From Octopus bimaculoides (taxonomy: Eukaryota): a stretch of 47,022 bases of DNA. The DNA is taken from NCBI RefSeq assembly GCF_001194135.2, contig NC_068987.1, positions 793,520 through 840,541 on the forward strand, given 5' to 3'. Shown here one piece after another: positions 1 through 12,778 of this stretch (position 1 is the stretch's first letter; every line of letters begins with the position of its first letter). The position numbers and the translations under genes are program-made. The notes under the pieces were generated by a model, which was not told where the DNA came from, searched no databases, and worked only from the letters and a program-made list of their open reading frames with translations.

Positions 1-1730
1 ATATATATATATATATATATATAGATAGATAGATAGATCAACATGCGGATCATTTTTTCCCAGATTATTCACCATGTTGACATCTGGACCAAATCAGACT
101 CCATAAACTTTAAACAGATTTATGTTCCAGACGCCAAAGTTACAGTTCTTCATGGAGAATTACCGAGCTATATCCTCTAGACCTTGTTTCCCTTCTTATC
201 ATTCAATATTGAGTCGACACTCTTCAATTTCTGGCGTTATAGATTCCCTAAAAACATGTAACACTTCTGTTTCCCAATTCAAGAAATATGTCCCTCAATA
301 TCTCTAGTCTCCGTTGCAGAGGTTTACTCGCTAAAATATACTGAAGAAATAAAAGAGCATGTCCTAGTCGCATTGCGTGTGGGTTTTGAAACGGTTCTTA
401 TTAGTGGCTATTTAGTCTAATCCCCGTGCATATTTTGCCGTAGATTATAGTGTCCAACCAAAGAAGAGAGGACCGAAGAAAAGTGCGACCATAGAACGTA
501 GCTTGTTTCTGTCTCATCTTCTGAAGTGGATCAGAAAGCGATGGACGACCCTATCAAATGCTTTTGACTGATCTCAATAAATCAGTCATTTCTACACCCA
601 ATAAGAGTAGAACAAGTAAGAAAACGTTCAATACAAAGTGTTAGAAATTATTGCATATAGAATTCTGGGGAATTGTATAACTTAGATGGCAAAAGGCTCC
701 AAACTTTCTGGTGGTCATTTCCACCAAAATATTTAATAAGATAGCCACTTATTCTATATACACCATCGGAAAGCAACTTACTGCTGTATTTGTCCTAAGA
801 TAACAAGTCTTAAAAATTTGGTGTGTTAAATATCGGGAGACGAAAATCACTCCAGCAGTGGCCACATTAAGTTGATCTATAGATGGATATTGAATTAGAT
901 CTTGCCTTAATTCTGTTTACCGGATTTTTATTCAGCTACGCGGCTATTCGCAACATCAGTTGATGCTTTATTCACTGTTCTCTGTATCGAAAGTGACAAA
1001 TTCTCATCTAAGAAGTGCCTGGTTGCAAGTGCATGTCATAAAAAGACATAGACAGGTGGAAATGCATGATATTTTCGCTAGTTGCTGCTAGGACACTTAT
1101 CGTCTCTTTTATATACTTAACACAGCTCGTCCTTAAGAGACGTTATCTAGGCGTTATACCAACGCCGTATGTACATGAGATATGATACATTGATGACTAT
1201 TTTGATTAAATACTACGTCAGTGGTGTTTACAGATGTGCTTATCGGATATAATAATGCTTTTATCATAATATCGGGCCGAAAAATGTGTTATCTTTTTCT
1301 TGTTCGTATAATGCTTTGGTAACGTCACCGCTTAGTAAACAGAACTGAGAATATCACCAGTTTAGAGCTTGCGGTGGCGGTAGAAATCGACAAATAACCT
1401 GCCATGTGTTACATGTAAAATTTCATAAAGCAGGTGATCCAATCTGTTTTGCCAAATTAAAACATTCGTTACTTCAGTCGCTGGAATCAGTTTCACACAC
1501 CATGATGTTTTGCAAGAAGAGCAGAAGGAAAAGATAAATTACACCAAAATGTGCAAAGAAGAAGCGATAAAAAGAATGGTGAATCTAGATGGAATTAAAG
1601 GGAATTTCGTTAATATTAGCTTAAACTGCATAAATGAATATATAATGTACATACATGTAGCGAAAGCTGCATGAAGTAGAATGAGATAAAGTCTGTCAAA
1701 TTCATCCGCAGTATATTTTAAGATTGTGTA

Positions 1731-1840
1731 TATGTATGTATGTATGAATGTATGTATGTATGTATGTATGTATGTATGTATGTATGTATGTATGTATGTG
1801 TGTGTGTACGTATGTATGTATGTAGTGTGTATGTATGTGT
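1731..1840. repeat. (TATG)n microsatellite
   Basis: Visible tandem tatg units. Similar tracts lie at about 10075-10180, 11150-11227, 13670-13880 and 28795-28830. Confidence 0.95.
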
Positions 1841-1994
1841 ACGCATGTTTCAATATGTACATGTGCATTTACTAAAAACTAAATAGTTATAGAATAGAAA
1901 TTACACTGCATATTTGCAATCGAAATAGTAAGAAAATCACTGCAACACACGCACACGGACACACACACAAATACATACTCTAATATACACGCAT

Positions 1995-2029
<35 letters not shown>

Positions 2030-2739
2030 GTGATTTAAGAGTAGAAGCGTATATCATTGATATATCTTACATAGTGCAAACATTATTTGCTACAGAACTG
2101 AATACTCAAGGTAGAATGGATATATATNNNNNNNNNNNNNNNNNNNNNNNNNNNNNNNNNNNNNNNNNNNNNNNNNNNNNNNNNNNNNNNNNNNNNNNNN
2201 NNNNNNNNNNNNNNNNNNNNNNNNNNNNNNNNNNNNNNNNNNATATACATAAATACAATAAAATTTTACAGTATATTAATATATTAAAATATATTAAATA
2301 CCTTATAATATAGTTGGCCCGTTAGCAATTAAAATCTAAAGCAAATTAATAAACAAGGGTACAAATTAGAACCGGCAATTGCTAGACATAAGAGTCAAAA
2401 ACACGAGTCGATATTTATTATATGAAAGTTTACAGTTGTGTTTACGCGAGTCATAAACAGCACACTGTCACTTGGGGAGGCTTCTGAAATAACGTCCAAA
2501 GATGAAGATCACAAGAGCTTCAACGTAGTAACGTTCTTTTTTAAGTGTCTTTCTACCAACTTCAGTGAATTTTACACAAAGATTTAGCAAAATTTAACAT
2601 TTCCTACTGAATCGTTATTTTATTTTCAAATCTAAAACAAAGTATTTACGAAACTGATTAACTCAGAAATGATTGACCTTTAGGAAAAGCTGATCGCACC
2701 ACGTATCTTTAGAAGCCAAAGAAATAGTTACCAACTATA

Positions 2740-2764
2740 GGCTCAGGAGTGGCTGTGTGGTAAG
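2740..2764 (+). mobile_element. Isolated 25-nt 5' head of a second tRNA-derived SINE family
   Basis: ggctcaggagtggctgtgtggtaag contains an A-box-like TGGCTGTGTGG and matches my recollection of the head of a common octopus SINE. The body is absent. Confidence 0.45.
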
Positions 2765-4305
2765 ACAGAGAGGCAACCTTATAGAATATAGAAGCAACCT
2801 TTTTATAGAATACAAGACGTACAACACCCGTACAATTCGTTAATGAGGGAAACTCTATTCTACTCTATTTTAAACTTGTCGCGACGGAACCTCATTGATA
2901 AACCTCCGTGAAAATAAATATAAACTCTAAGTTCCCATACAAGTTTCCACCTCATGAATCTTGAACAGCAGACTTTTTGAAGCTAACCCATCGTGTAGTA
3001 ATAAATTCGATACTTAAAACCAAGCTGAAATTTTTAAGCCAAATACTGAATTCTATCACCAAGCTGACTACAATTTCCTTCCTGTGAAAATACGGCGTTG
3101 AAAATGTGGACCAAACGACGCCATTCACTAATAAATACCAGTAATATATACGCGCCAAACAATTGGTACATCCTTCACGCGCATCTTTTTCACCCTGCAT
3201 TTGGTCCCCCCACCCACCACCAGTTTTCGAAAGGAGACCATTGTTACGAGTGTACCAAATATTTCGTCGGACAGGTAAACTCTAATTATTGGAGTGCCGA
3301 GGCAGGAAGGTGATAAAAAAAATTACAGAAAGAAATATCGGAATAAAAGAACTAAGCATCTGCAGGAGAGAAGATTGATTGAGAGGGAAATTGAGAGCAG
3401 CTTTAAAATGTGATTATTTATTTACGAGTGTTCCAATGATGTATTTATGATATTCACATAGGTGTCTTTTACAATTTATGGCACACGACAAATCTTCGGT
3501 AAATATTTTATCACTTATCGGATTGTTTGTTTATTTGTCTGAAATTTTACGAAACATTTGTACATTGATATATTTCGATGTTACCAACAACAACAACAAC
3601 AATACCAAAAGATATATGGAGAATGTTAAAGCAGAAACTGATCAAATATTTACCGTACACTGAAATGTTGATATTTCACGTTAGGGATATTAATCGTCAA
3701 AGGCGGAGCGATGAAGTTCAACTTTGTCTGTTAAACTTGTGATGGACCCAGATTAGAGGGAACGAAAATGGTTAAGTTCCAGTAAAAGAGAAATATAGAG
3801 AGTTTACGCGAGAGATGAAGATAAATTATAATTATTATATATTTATCTAGATTCCAGATATTACCCGAGCTGGTAAAAGTATACTGCTAAAGTTACCCGT
3901 CAAATGACAGCTAACGCTCAAGTATATAACAATATATATCTGATGGCTGTCAAACTCTCAACTACCGTCAATTAGTGTTATCTGGTTAATGAAAGGGTTA
4001 ATGAAAGGGTTAATTAGTTATTCTTATTCAACTTTCTGAGTTGAATCATTTCTACCAGAATTATTGTCGGATCTAATCTTTGGCTCATTGTGTAATTTAT
4101 TAAAAGAAATTTTGTTCGCTACAATTATGATTGTTAACTGTTACTGAACTGAATATTTCTCATGGGAGACGGTTTCCTTACGAAAAACTCCCATCACTTT
4201 ATCAATTCAGTTAAGTTTCGACTTTGTATTTCATACATTAGACTTGAAAACATCAAATCAGCAGTAACACAGTTTTCGGTTATTCGATCCTAAGATTACT
4301 CGACG

Positions 4306-4520
4306 AAGGCGCTGGGTTGGCAGAACTTTTAGTATACCGGTCAAAATGCTTCACGACATATCGTCCGCCTTTATGTTTGAGTTCAAATTCTGACAATTTT
4401 CATTTTGCATTTCATCCTTTCAGGGTTGATAAAATACGTATCGATTGAGCACTGGGGCCGATGTAATCACTTTACCCAACTCCTTGGAAAATGCTAGCCA
4501 CGTGTCAACATTTTTTAACC
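4306..4520 (+). mobile_element. tRNA-derived SINE (family A), diverged near-full copy
   Basis: Collinear with the copy at 40681-40896: aaggcg..tggcagaa head, tgagttcaaattc B box, tttcatcctttc.gggt.gataaa core, cactggggccgat, 3' tail. Confidence 0.8.
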
Positions 4521-4668
4521 GAATTACACTACTCTCACGTTACGTAAATTGCTCTAACGTTACGCTGCATTTGTTACGTAACACCAGCATTACATTACAC
4601 CATACGTAATTCGATCTTTAACACCAAGTTATGAATTTCTCTCTAATGTCAATATTTTACCTTAAAAT

Positions 4669-4792
4669 AAATTCTGCGGAGGTCGGCTTTGACTTTGAGG
4701 TCGATAAAATAAGTATCAGACACGCACTGGGAATGATATAATCGACTAACCCCCTGCCCTGAAATCGCTTGGTTTTTGTTAAAATTTGAAGG
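4669..4792 (+). mobile_element. SINE family A, 5'-truncated copy
   Basis: aaattctgcggaggtcggctttg ... gaggtcgataaaataagtatcag ... cactggg ... aatcgactaaccccc ... aaaatttgaa aligns by eye to the 3' two thirds of 40681-40896. Confidence 0.75.
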
Positions 4793-5477
4793 TATTATTT
4801 TACCTTAAACTGGAATAAATCATTTTCCGTAAGTAATTATATTCTATTAATTATTTTCAAAATCAATTGGAAGAGAGGTGTTCTATATGGTTGTTCATTG
4901 TACTAAAAACAATAGCCACTGTCTCCTCACCTCACAATCCGTACAATCTTAAAAAGAAATATATACACTGATGAAAAATGTGGTCCTAAAATCCAAGTAC
5001 GAGGCAGAATTGAATTTCAGTTGAACATGAGTTGCTCCAGTTAGGGCCGACACTGTTTTAGGAATTAGTCACAATGACCATTACATACATCAGGGTCTTA
5101 GAGGATGGTGAGACGAACGAAGGATAATGATAGAGTGACTTCTAGTAATGAATGACACCTGGCTGAAAGGGAATGATTTTAAAGAAGAGACAAATGAAGT
5201 CTTCACCCTCAAACTATGGGGGTCAATCTGTTAAGTCATTTAAATCTGCAGTGGTGGTGGTGGTGGGGGGAGCCACAAGGCCTCATTGTTATCCAATTTG
5301 TTGGAGAGGTTAAAATTTGCCAGTTTATTCTTCTGGAACATTATGAATTATAAGTCCACTTCCTCGGTTTCCCTGCTGGATCAGTGGCCCACAACACAAC
5401 ATTGTCCCTGATCCGTACGCCGGTCCGTTGCAGGGTTCAAGACCTGCAATTTTGATGGGCATCGATTCTGGCACTTC

Positions 5478-5622
5478 ATTGGTATTTTATTTTATCCACT
5501 GGGAAAAGAAACAAGGTGAAGATAAGTTCGGCAGGATTTGAACTCAGAACGTCCAAATTTGGAAGATATGCTGCTCAGTATTTTGTCCGATGTGCTTTCG
5601 ATTCTGCGAGCTGGCCACCTTA
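5478..5622 (-). mobile_element. SINE family A, diverged 5' part
   Basis: Plus strand has ggcaggatttgaactcagaacgt (reverse B box region) and gattctgcgagctggccacctt (reverse head), as in 25090-25302. Confidence 0.75.
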
Positions 5623-6306
5623 AAACACACATTAACATTCTCTAAATCTCGTCTGAAAACAACTGGGAAATATTGTAGACGTTGTTGTTGGATATCAGAA
5701 TAAATCCAAGCCCGAGAAAGTCGAAAATGTTTCATCAAAGAGGATCTACTTGTGTCCAGTTTTGTTCAGACTCAATAGTGTTGTGCAAACATATTTTCTC
5801 TTTTACAAACGATCGGCTGTGTTTCTAAGGATGCTGCTTGTTAACTCATTTAATTAATGTGATAACCTATTGACCACCCTAGTCGCCAGCTCTGAATGTA
5901 AAGTTCTTGTTTTTGAACAGACCACTTCAACCATAACCGCTTTAAAACAACAGGAAACTACATTCTCCAATGCATCGTCCCAATCTTAGACCGTAGGGAG
6001 TGGCGTGAAGGAATTGTAGCTGGTGTTTTCAGCAATTTGTCGTTAGTTTATCTGAAAGGAAATGAAATCTGAGACGGCTCATTTTCTGGATCTGAAGAAA
6101 TGGTCATAATAATTAAGACATTTTCTAGTTGCAGATGGTTACGAGAGAAATCTCTTTATCTTTTTACATGGCATTAGATTTTAGCGAAGGAATGACAATG
6201 TATATTCCCCAACTCTACTTCGAAAATAATTCGCATAATGTAACAGCGGTAACACCATTCATTCGGTGTGTGTGTGTATGTGTGTGTATGTGTGCATGTG
6301 TGTGTA

Positions 6307-6345
<39 letters not shown>

Positions 6346-7257
6346 GTAAACGTATATATATGTGTGTATGTGTGAGTATATCTATGCACGAATGGATATA
6401 TAAATATAGATATAAATATAAANNNNNNNNNNNNNNNNNNNNNNNNNNNNNNNNNNNNNNNNNNNNNNNNNNNNNNNNNNNNNNNNNNNNNNNNNNNNNN
6501 NNNNNNNNNNNNNNNNNNNNNNNNNNNNNNNNNNNNNNNNNNNNNNNNNNNNNNNNNNNNNNNNNNNNNNNNNNNNNNNNNNNNNNNNNNNNNNNNNNNN
6601 NNNNNNNNNNNNNNNNNNNNNNNNNNNNNNNNNNNNNNNNNNNNNNNNNNNNNNNNNNNNNNNNNNNNNNNNNNNNNNNNNNNNNNNNNNNNNNNNNNNN
6701 NNNNNNNNNNNNNNNNNNNNNNNNNNNNNNNNNNNNNNNNNNNNNNNNNNNNNNNNNNNNNNNNNNNNNNNNNNNNNATATATATATATATATATAAATA
6801 CAGATATCTTTATATTTCTTAATATTTTATTTTTCCAAGAGATCGTTGAGGAATCTATTTTCCACGGATCCCGTTAACACGATATCTCCAAAATGCACGA
6901 TTTGTCTGAAAATAGCGCACAGCTAAAAGGATCTTTGATGCAAGCTGATAATTGCAATTTCGGTTTTTCTGCCAGCCTTTCGGAAAGAAATAGACATTAA
7001 AATACTGAAACGATGAATATCGTTCCAAGACATCATTCTCATATATCGAAGACAATTTTACAATCCTAAATACATCCATCTCAGATTTCCTTAATTTGGT
7101 AAGAATTTCAAATGTATCCCCCCCCCCCCACGCCCACTCTGCTCCAGGCTTATGAAGATTATTAAAAAAAATAAATCGATATAATGTATTTCTAAATTTT
7201 GTGTAATATGAATTAAAACATTTTCTGCTGGGAAAATGTCTTGGGAATCGATGGCGT

Positions 7258-7320
<63 letters not shown>

Positions 7321-7385
7321 AAGTGATGGTGATAGCAGCAATGCTGCTGCTGCTGCTGTGGTTGATGATGATGATGATGATGATG
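7258..7385. repeat. Compound (GAT)n/(GCT)n microsatellite
   Basis: Visible tandem repeats. They generate the poly-Asp and poly-His ORFs 7241-7444 and 6855-7532. Confidence 0.95.
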
Positions 7386-7624
7386 GTCTGGTATTTGGTG
7401 GTGATCAGGATATTCAGTCAAATCACAAGTATTTGCCGCCATAAATGGTAAATGAAGTGCGGTGGGGGTAGGCATTTGTGAGGGTGGTCGTAGCTGAGAG
7501 TAGGTTGTGGGTCGGTTGAGAAAGTGAAACACTTTGCGACTGTTGCGTTACAGTTCTTATCCATTTATCTCTGTATGCTGGAGTGACCTTTATCTACGGA
7601 CGTAGAGAAACAGAGTGGATAATT

Positions 7625-7685
7625 GAGAAAGAGAGACAGAGAAAGAGAAAGTGACAGAGAGAGGGAGAGAAAGAGAGAGAAAGAG

Positions 7686-7755
<70 letters not shown>
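7625..7755. repeat. (AG)n/(ATAG)n microsatellite
   Basis: Visible tandem repeats. Confidence 0.95.
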
Positions 7756-7758
<3 letters not shown>

Positions 7759-8107
7759 TGTCCGCTGTATGATGCTGCATCTCGTATTATTCACCTCTTC
7801 CAACGAGAAATATTGCAGCACTTCCGGGTGACCAGAAAAACCCAGGCTACTGAGACAGTGTAACTGTCTAATTTGTCAGGTGACACTCCACTAATCGCAC
7901 CCTGCTCGGGTGGGCAGTTTGGTTTACAGAGGCATTATACAAATAGAATAAAATTCGTATCCCGGATTTCTCTGATGTTCTCGGTTATGGCTACACTCCA
8001 ACAGTACCAACAACTCCAACAAAACAGTAGAAAGACTATTTAAATGTCCAGACACCCTACATCTCTTTATGGTCCGAGATTGCAAGTCATCGCGTCTAAT
8101 ATATTGT

Positions 8108-8190
8108 TAGTAGTCGGGTTTAACCCAAGGTCAACACTGACCAGATAGAACTATGACCAAAAGACATTCGGACCGTGACCATCTAGCCAT
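8108..8190 (+). mobile_element. Short interspersed repeat, probably related to 40130-40205
   Basis: Both share gtagtc..gtttaa.ccaa ... gaactat.a..aaaga..ttc in the same order. The by-eye alignment is weak. Confidence 0.35.
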
Positions 8191-9303
8191 TTTTTAAAAG
8201 AGTTCTATATTTCGGATGCCGTGTTTTTTTGTAGAAGTAGTGTGTCTATCATCTGAATGTGTCATTATTTAAGATGGTGAGCTGGGATTTGATAGAGAGC
8301 AACAACAACAACAATGACAAGAACAGAAACAGCTGAAGGATCAGGAAGATGGTAGAAAGACGAGGTAGATGACCAGTAAGCGTGATCATTCATTGCTAAA
8401 TGTTCAGTGAACCAAATACGGCAGCCGTTAATCAAACGTCGAAAGATTTTGTAAAGCTTGCAAAAATATTTCCAACTCGTTCGTGTATCATGTTTGGTAA
8501 ATGTTAACAAATCGTATCGAGAATTCGTGAAATAAAACGACTCACGTTGCGAGATAAAAAGATAGGCCTTCATAAATCAGCTTAATAACCCGAAAATTGC
8601 AGGTATTGTGTATTCGTAGACGCCCAATAATGATTTCTCGGCTGAGTTGGAGTAGTTTCATGGCAAAGACTGGTTTACTGATGTAAAGAGTTTATCTCCG
8701 CCTCGCACGCAATCTCGCTGTTATGAATAAATGGCGAAAAGAGATAATTACAGTGTTCTCAATAGAGAATCTTTTGCGATATTTCTAACAAAATCTGACA
8801 GAAAGAAGAGTGTGTGGAAAATAGACCTTATTTCTCTCAGTAATGATATTAACGTCAGCATATTGTGTTAGGTAGATATGAAGATTCATAGATAATTCAA
8901 TACTTCTCCTGAGCTAACCCTACCACACACACACACACGTATACGCATAGACATACATACGCGCAGATATGTGCACGTGTACAAATATGTGCGTGTGTGT
9001 ATTTGTACACATGTGGGACTACATTCATTGCAGTTTTTTCCTACCTGGGGCGGATTTGTTGTCATTTCTTTCTCTAGTCATCGTCCCTCTCTCTATACTC
9101 AACATCTTATATATACATACATAGAAATATTACCCCCCCCCCCAAAAAAAAATACATACATACATACATANNNNNNNNNNNNNNNNNNNNNNNNNNNNNN
9201 NNNNNNNNNNNNNNNNNNNNNNNNNNNNNNNNNNNNNNNNNNNNNNNNNNNNNNNNNNNNNNNNNNNNNNNNNNNNNNNNNNNNNNNNNNNNNNNNNNNN
9301 NNN

Positions 9304-9345
<42 letters not shown>

Positions 9346-9865
9346 GCACACAGAAAAAAGCACTTCTTAGTATCTATGCATGTTAAATCTATTTCTCTTT
9401 CTCTCTCTCAGTATTATATGTGTGTGTGTTTGTGTGTGAGTGTATGTATGTGTGTGTGTCTACATTTGAGTGTATGAACGAAAGCAATATAGTTTCTACA
9501 TGGAGTAGAATTATTTATTTATTTATTTATTTATCATTTGTTGTTATTCATAATTGATCTATTGTGTTGTTGCGCTGGTCAAGTGCTATGAAAGAGAATA
9601 CCGAGTCGGAATAACAGAAGTAACAAGAAACAGTGTTTTAAGTAGAAAATTATTTCCATCGCATCTCTTTCCACAGAAAGTGTGATATTCCGATATTTCT
9701 TTAACTCCGTCCTCCATTCATCTTTTCACTATCGTCACAACTCCTTATATTATATCCAGTTCGGTTCTTGAAAAGTTTTTCACCATATGTATCGATTAGA
9801 CCAACAATAATTTTTTATTACACGTGCAGTGCCATATTTATAATACTTCTGTGATAATTCCTTAC

Positions 9866-10019
9866 CAAACGGATTAGATTCTTAAGAAGAAATATTATTT
9901 TTTTTCGCTTCAACTGAGGCAGACGGAATTATTTCCCCTCATTCGATTCGTTATTTATTCTTGGTTAATATGATGCGTTCTGAGTTTTCGGCTTTCGCCA
10001 CCATTTTGTTCATTAAAAT
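9866..10019 (-). other. Candidate non-coding (UTR or lncRNA) exon, 154 nt
   Basis: Minus-strand acceptor gtctctcttttctgtgctag| and donor ttg|gtaagg. All three frames contain stops. No transcript evidence. Confidence 0.3.
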
Positions 10020-10833
10020 CTAGCACAGAAAAGAGAGACTGCAACAAGAGGCTTAAAAGTCAACCAATATGACTGCATGTACGTACATACATACGTACAT
10101 ACATACGTATGCATGTCTGTACGTACATACATACGTATGTATGTATGTATGTATGTATGTATGTATGTATGTATGTATGTCTCTTCCTCCCTCTCTCTCA
10201 CAATCGCAACATTCTTGCCACATCTGTCTAGATTCCCTGAGAACTACGTTAAAAGTACATGTGTGCTCAGCAAATTGCACGTTAATTTCATGGGAAAGCT
10301 GTTTCGTTGATCGTATCAACTGGGACACTCGTCGTCGTAACCGACGGAGTGCTCCCTTTCTTTTTTATATGTATTATGNNNNNNNNNNNNNNNNNNNNNN
10401 NNNNNNNNNNNNNNNNNNNNNNNNNNNNNNNNNNNNNNNNNNNNNNNNNNNNNNNNNNNNNNNNNNNNNNNNNNNNNNNNNNNNNNNNNNNNNNNNNNNN
10501 NNNNNNNNNNNNNNNNNNNNNNNNNNNNNNNNNNNNNNNNNNNNNNNNNNNNNNNNNNNNNNNNNNNNNNNNNNNNNNNNNNNNNNNNNNNNNNNNNNNN
10601 NNNNNNNNNNNNNNNNNNNNNNNNNNNNNNNNNNNNNNNNNNNNNNNNNNNNNNNNNNNNNNNNNNNNNNNNNNNNTGTGTATGTATATATCAAAATAAG
10701 CAACAAGGATATCCTTGTTGTTTATTTTGATTCTAATCACCTTATTCTGAAATTGTATGGATAATACCTTATAAAATTCTGGTGCCTCAACTTAAGTACC
10801 ATATTCATCTGAATCTAAATTTTTGCTGAACCC

Positions 10834-10886
<53 letters not shown>

Positions 10887-11918
10887 TGAGGGATGACCAC
10901 TCGGTGGACACCCAATATACTAAATGTAGACTGCATATGGTCTGACCACTAAGGAAAGACTGTTCTCAAGAAAATAGGTTTCAGCAGCGAGGTTGTGGCC
11001 ATGCTAGGGAACCGCCAGTATAATAACTTTTTAATTGGCCAATTCTATATGATTGGCTTTTAGTGAAGGAGGGAGTTCGGTACCACTGCTCTTTTTTGTG
11101 TTTCCCGCCTTGGTATTGGTTCGTTTGGAATCTTGGATGCATATATATATGTGTGTATGGTGTATGTATGTATGTATGTATGTATGTATGTATGTATGTA
11201 TGTATGTATGTATGTATGTATGTATATNNNNNNNNNNNNNNNNNNNNNNNNNNNNNNNNNNNNNNNNNNNNNNNNNNNNNNNNNNNNNNNNNNNNNNNNN
11301 NNNNNNNNNNNNNNNNNNNNNNNNNNNNNNNNNNNNNNNNNNNNNNNNNNNNNNNNNNNNNNNNNNNNNNNNNNNNNNNNNNNNNNNNNNNNNNNNNNNN
11401 NNNNNNATATATATATACACGCATATATCTAAGTACATATATATATATGTTAAGAATGCAATGTCGGCGCGTGGTCACGAAAAAAGTCTAGAGTGTCATG
11501 GATGATATCTTAAATGTCTTTAAATTTCCGAAACCAATAATTCGTTTTTTTTTTGTTTTTTTTTTGTTTTTTTCTTCACCAATATCGTTTGTCAGAATCG
11601 TTTTTATAATAAACTGCTTTCATAGAATGCAACTGATTTATAGATACAGCATTTGGGTTGCTTGTCAGTTACCCTTACTATCGACCCTGATATTTAATAC
11701 ACAAACTAATAGATACACAACTGAATTATTCGGTTGTGCAATTTGTTTGCACGGGGAATCTGCCCTGTGTGGCGAATTTCCCGATTTTCTAAAATTGTTT
11801 TCGGCTTTCTTAGCCATTTTTTTCGTTTTTGAGACGTGGCGTCTTGAAGCCACGCAGACGACTTCATAACGAACGCCGGTCTCTATGGCAACTCTCTTTC
11901 GACGTTTCATTTCTTTAC

Positions 11919-12143
11919 CCTCCCTTCACCACAGTTCCATGAAGGAAGGAAGAAGGGAAGAAGTATCAGACAAACAGGTGCAGGTGTACGCGTGAACACC
12001 ACCACCTGCAACAACAGCGATATCGTCGCCAAGGCTACGACCTTAAAGAAGAGAATCACCACCACCGCCACCACCGCTTCACCGTCAACTGCTACAACGG
12101 ACGCCTCTGCCACCCACTCCCACCACCACCACCACAAATTTCG
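11919..12143 (-). other. Candidate exon, 225 nt (strand ambiguous, see findings)
   Basis: Strong minus-strand acceptor atctttcttttctgtcttattgcttcag| and donor agg|gtaaag. It is open in phase 0, but the peptide is microsatellite-derived (WWWWW). An alternative donor agg|gtaact gives 11673-12143. Confidence 0.3.
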
Positions 12144-12562
12144 CTGAAGCAATAAGACAGAAAAGAAAGATTGTTACTTTCATTAAAAAACAACAACAAA
12201 ACTTAGATTTGCTTCGACCAAAGATTAGTCCAGGCCATGTCTAACTTAATAGCACCACCTGATGGGATTATCTAAATCCTTTTTACAGTCAAGTTTTGTT
12301 TACGGTCCATGCAAGTAGTGAGTTCTTATTGAGTGAGTTGTATCCAGGTATGGGTGGCTTGTCTGGTATTCCTTGAAAAAAGCTGTCTAGACTCCGTTTA
12401 AAGCTGAGAGGATCCTTTTCCTCTTTTATCTGTTTCGGGACAATGTTAAACAGGGCAGGGCCTGTTGAGGAAAAGAAGACACCAAAATCCCACAGAACAT
12501 ACTAGAAGAAACACAGAAAAAAAAACAATCATATACAAAATATTGAATACAAAAAGCAGAAA

Positions 12563-12778
12563 ACGCAGAGGGACTGACATTGCTGGCTTTAAGGGTGTCG
12601 CGAAAGGCCTGGCTGGAGGCCAAGCCTTCGGAGGTTCTTTACAGGGGCTTAGAAAATCTGAAGAACCCGCTGCAGTGAATGATTGTATTTGGGAGGGGAT
12701 TAAATTGAATAAAATCATAATTAACCTCTTGTATCTTCTCTTACTCAAAGCCAAGAATTTTTCAGCACCCCCACCATA
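12563..12778 (+). mobile_element. Mariner-derived non-autonomous element (MITE-like)
   Basis: From 12601: RKAWLEAKPSEVLYRGLENLKN, then after a frameshift RCSE*LYLGGD*IE*. This resembles the mariner transposase C-terminus (W..QP..FF..GI.KL..RW.KC...G.Y.E*). The right TIR aaagccaagaatttttcagcaccccc is followed by TA; the left TIR is degraded but shares tggcttt. Confidence 0.7.

Noticed and set aside
58-93. Minus-strand FGPDVNMVNNLG resembles the Tc1 SPDLNPIENLW motif
   Set aside because: Only a few residues match, there are stops nearby, and no TIR or other DDE motif is visible.
6855-7532. 225-aa His/Gln-rich ORF and the opposite-strand poly-Asp ORF
   Set aside because: Length comes from stop-free (GAT)n/(GCT)n repeats. 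No domain or convincing splice context.
10124-10145. 22-bp perfect palindrome tacatacatacgtatgtatgta
   Set aside because: A trivial result of (CATA)n meeting (TATG)n, which is common in this genome.
11498-11869. 123-aa hydrophobic plus-strand ORF
   Set aside because: Partly poly-T, with no recognisable homology. It overlaps minus-strand candidates that have better motif support.
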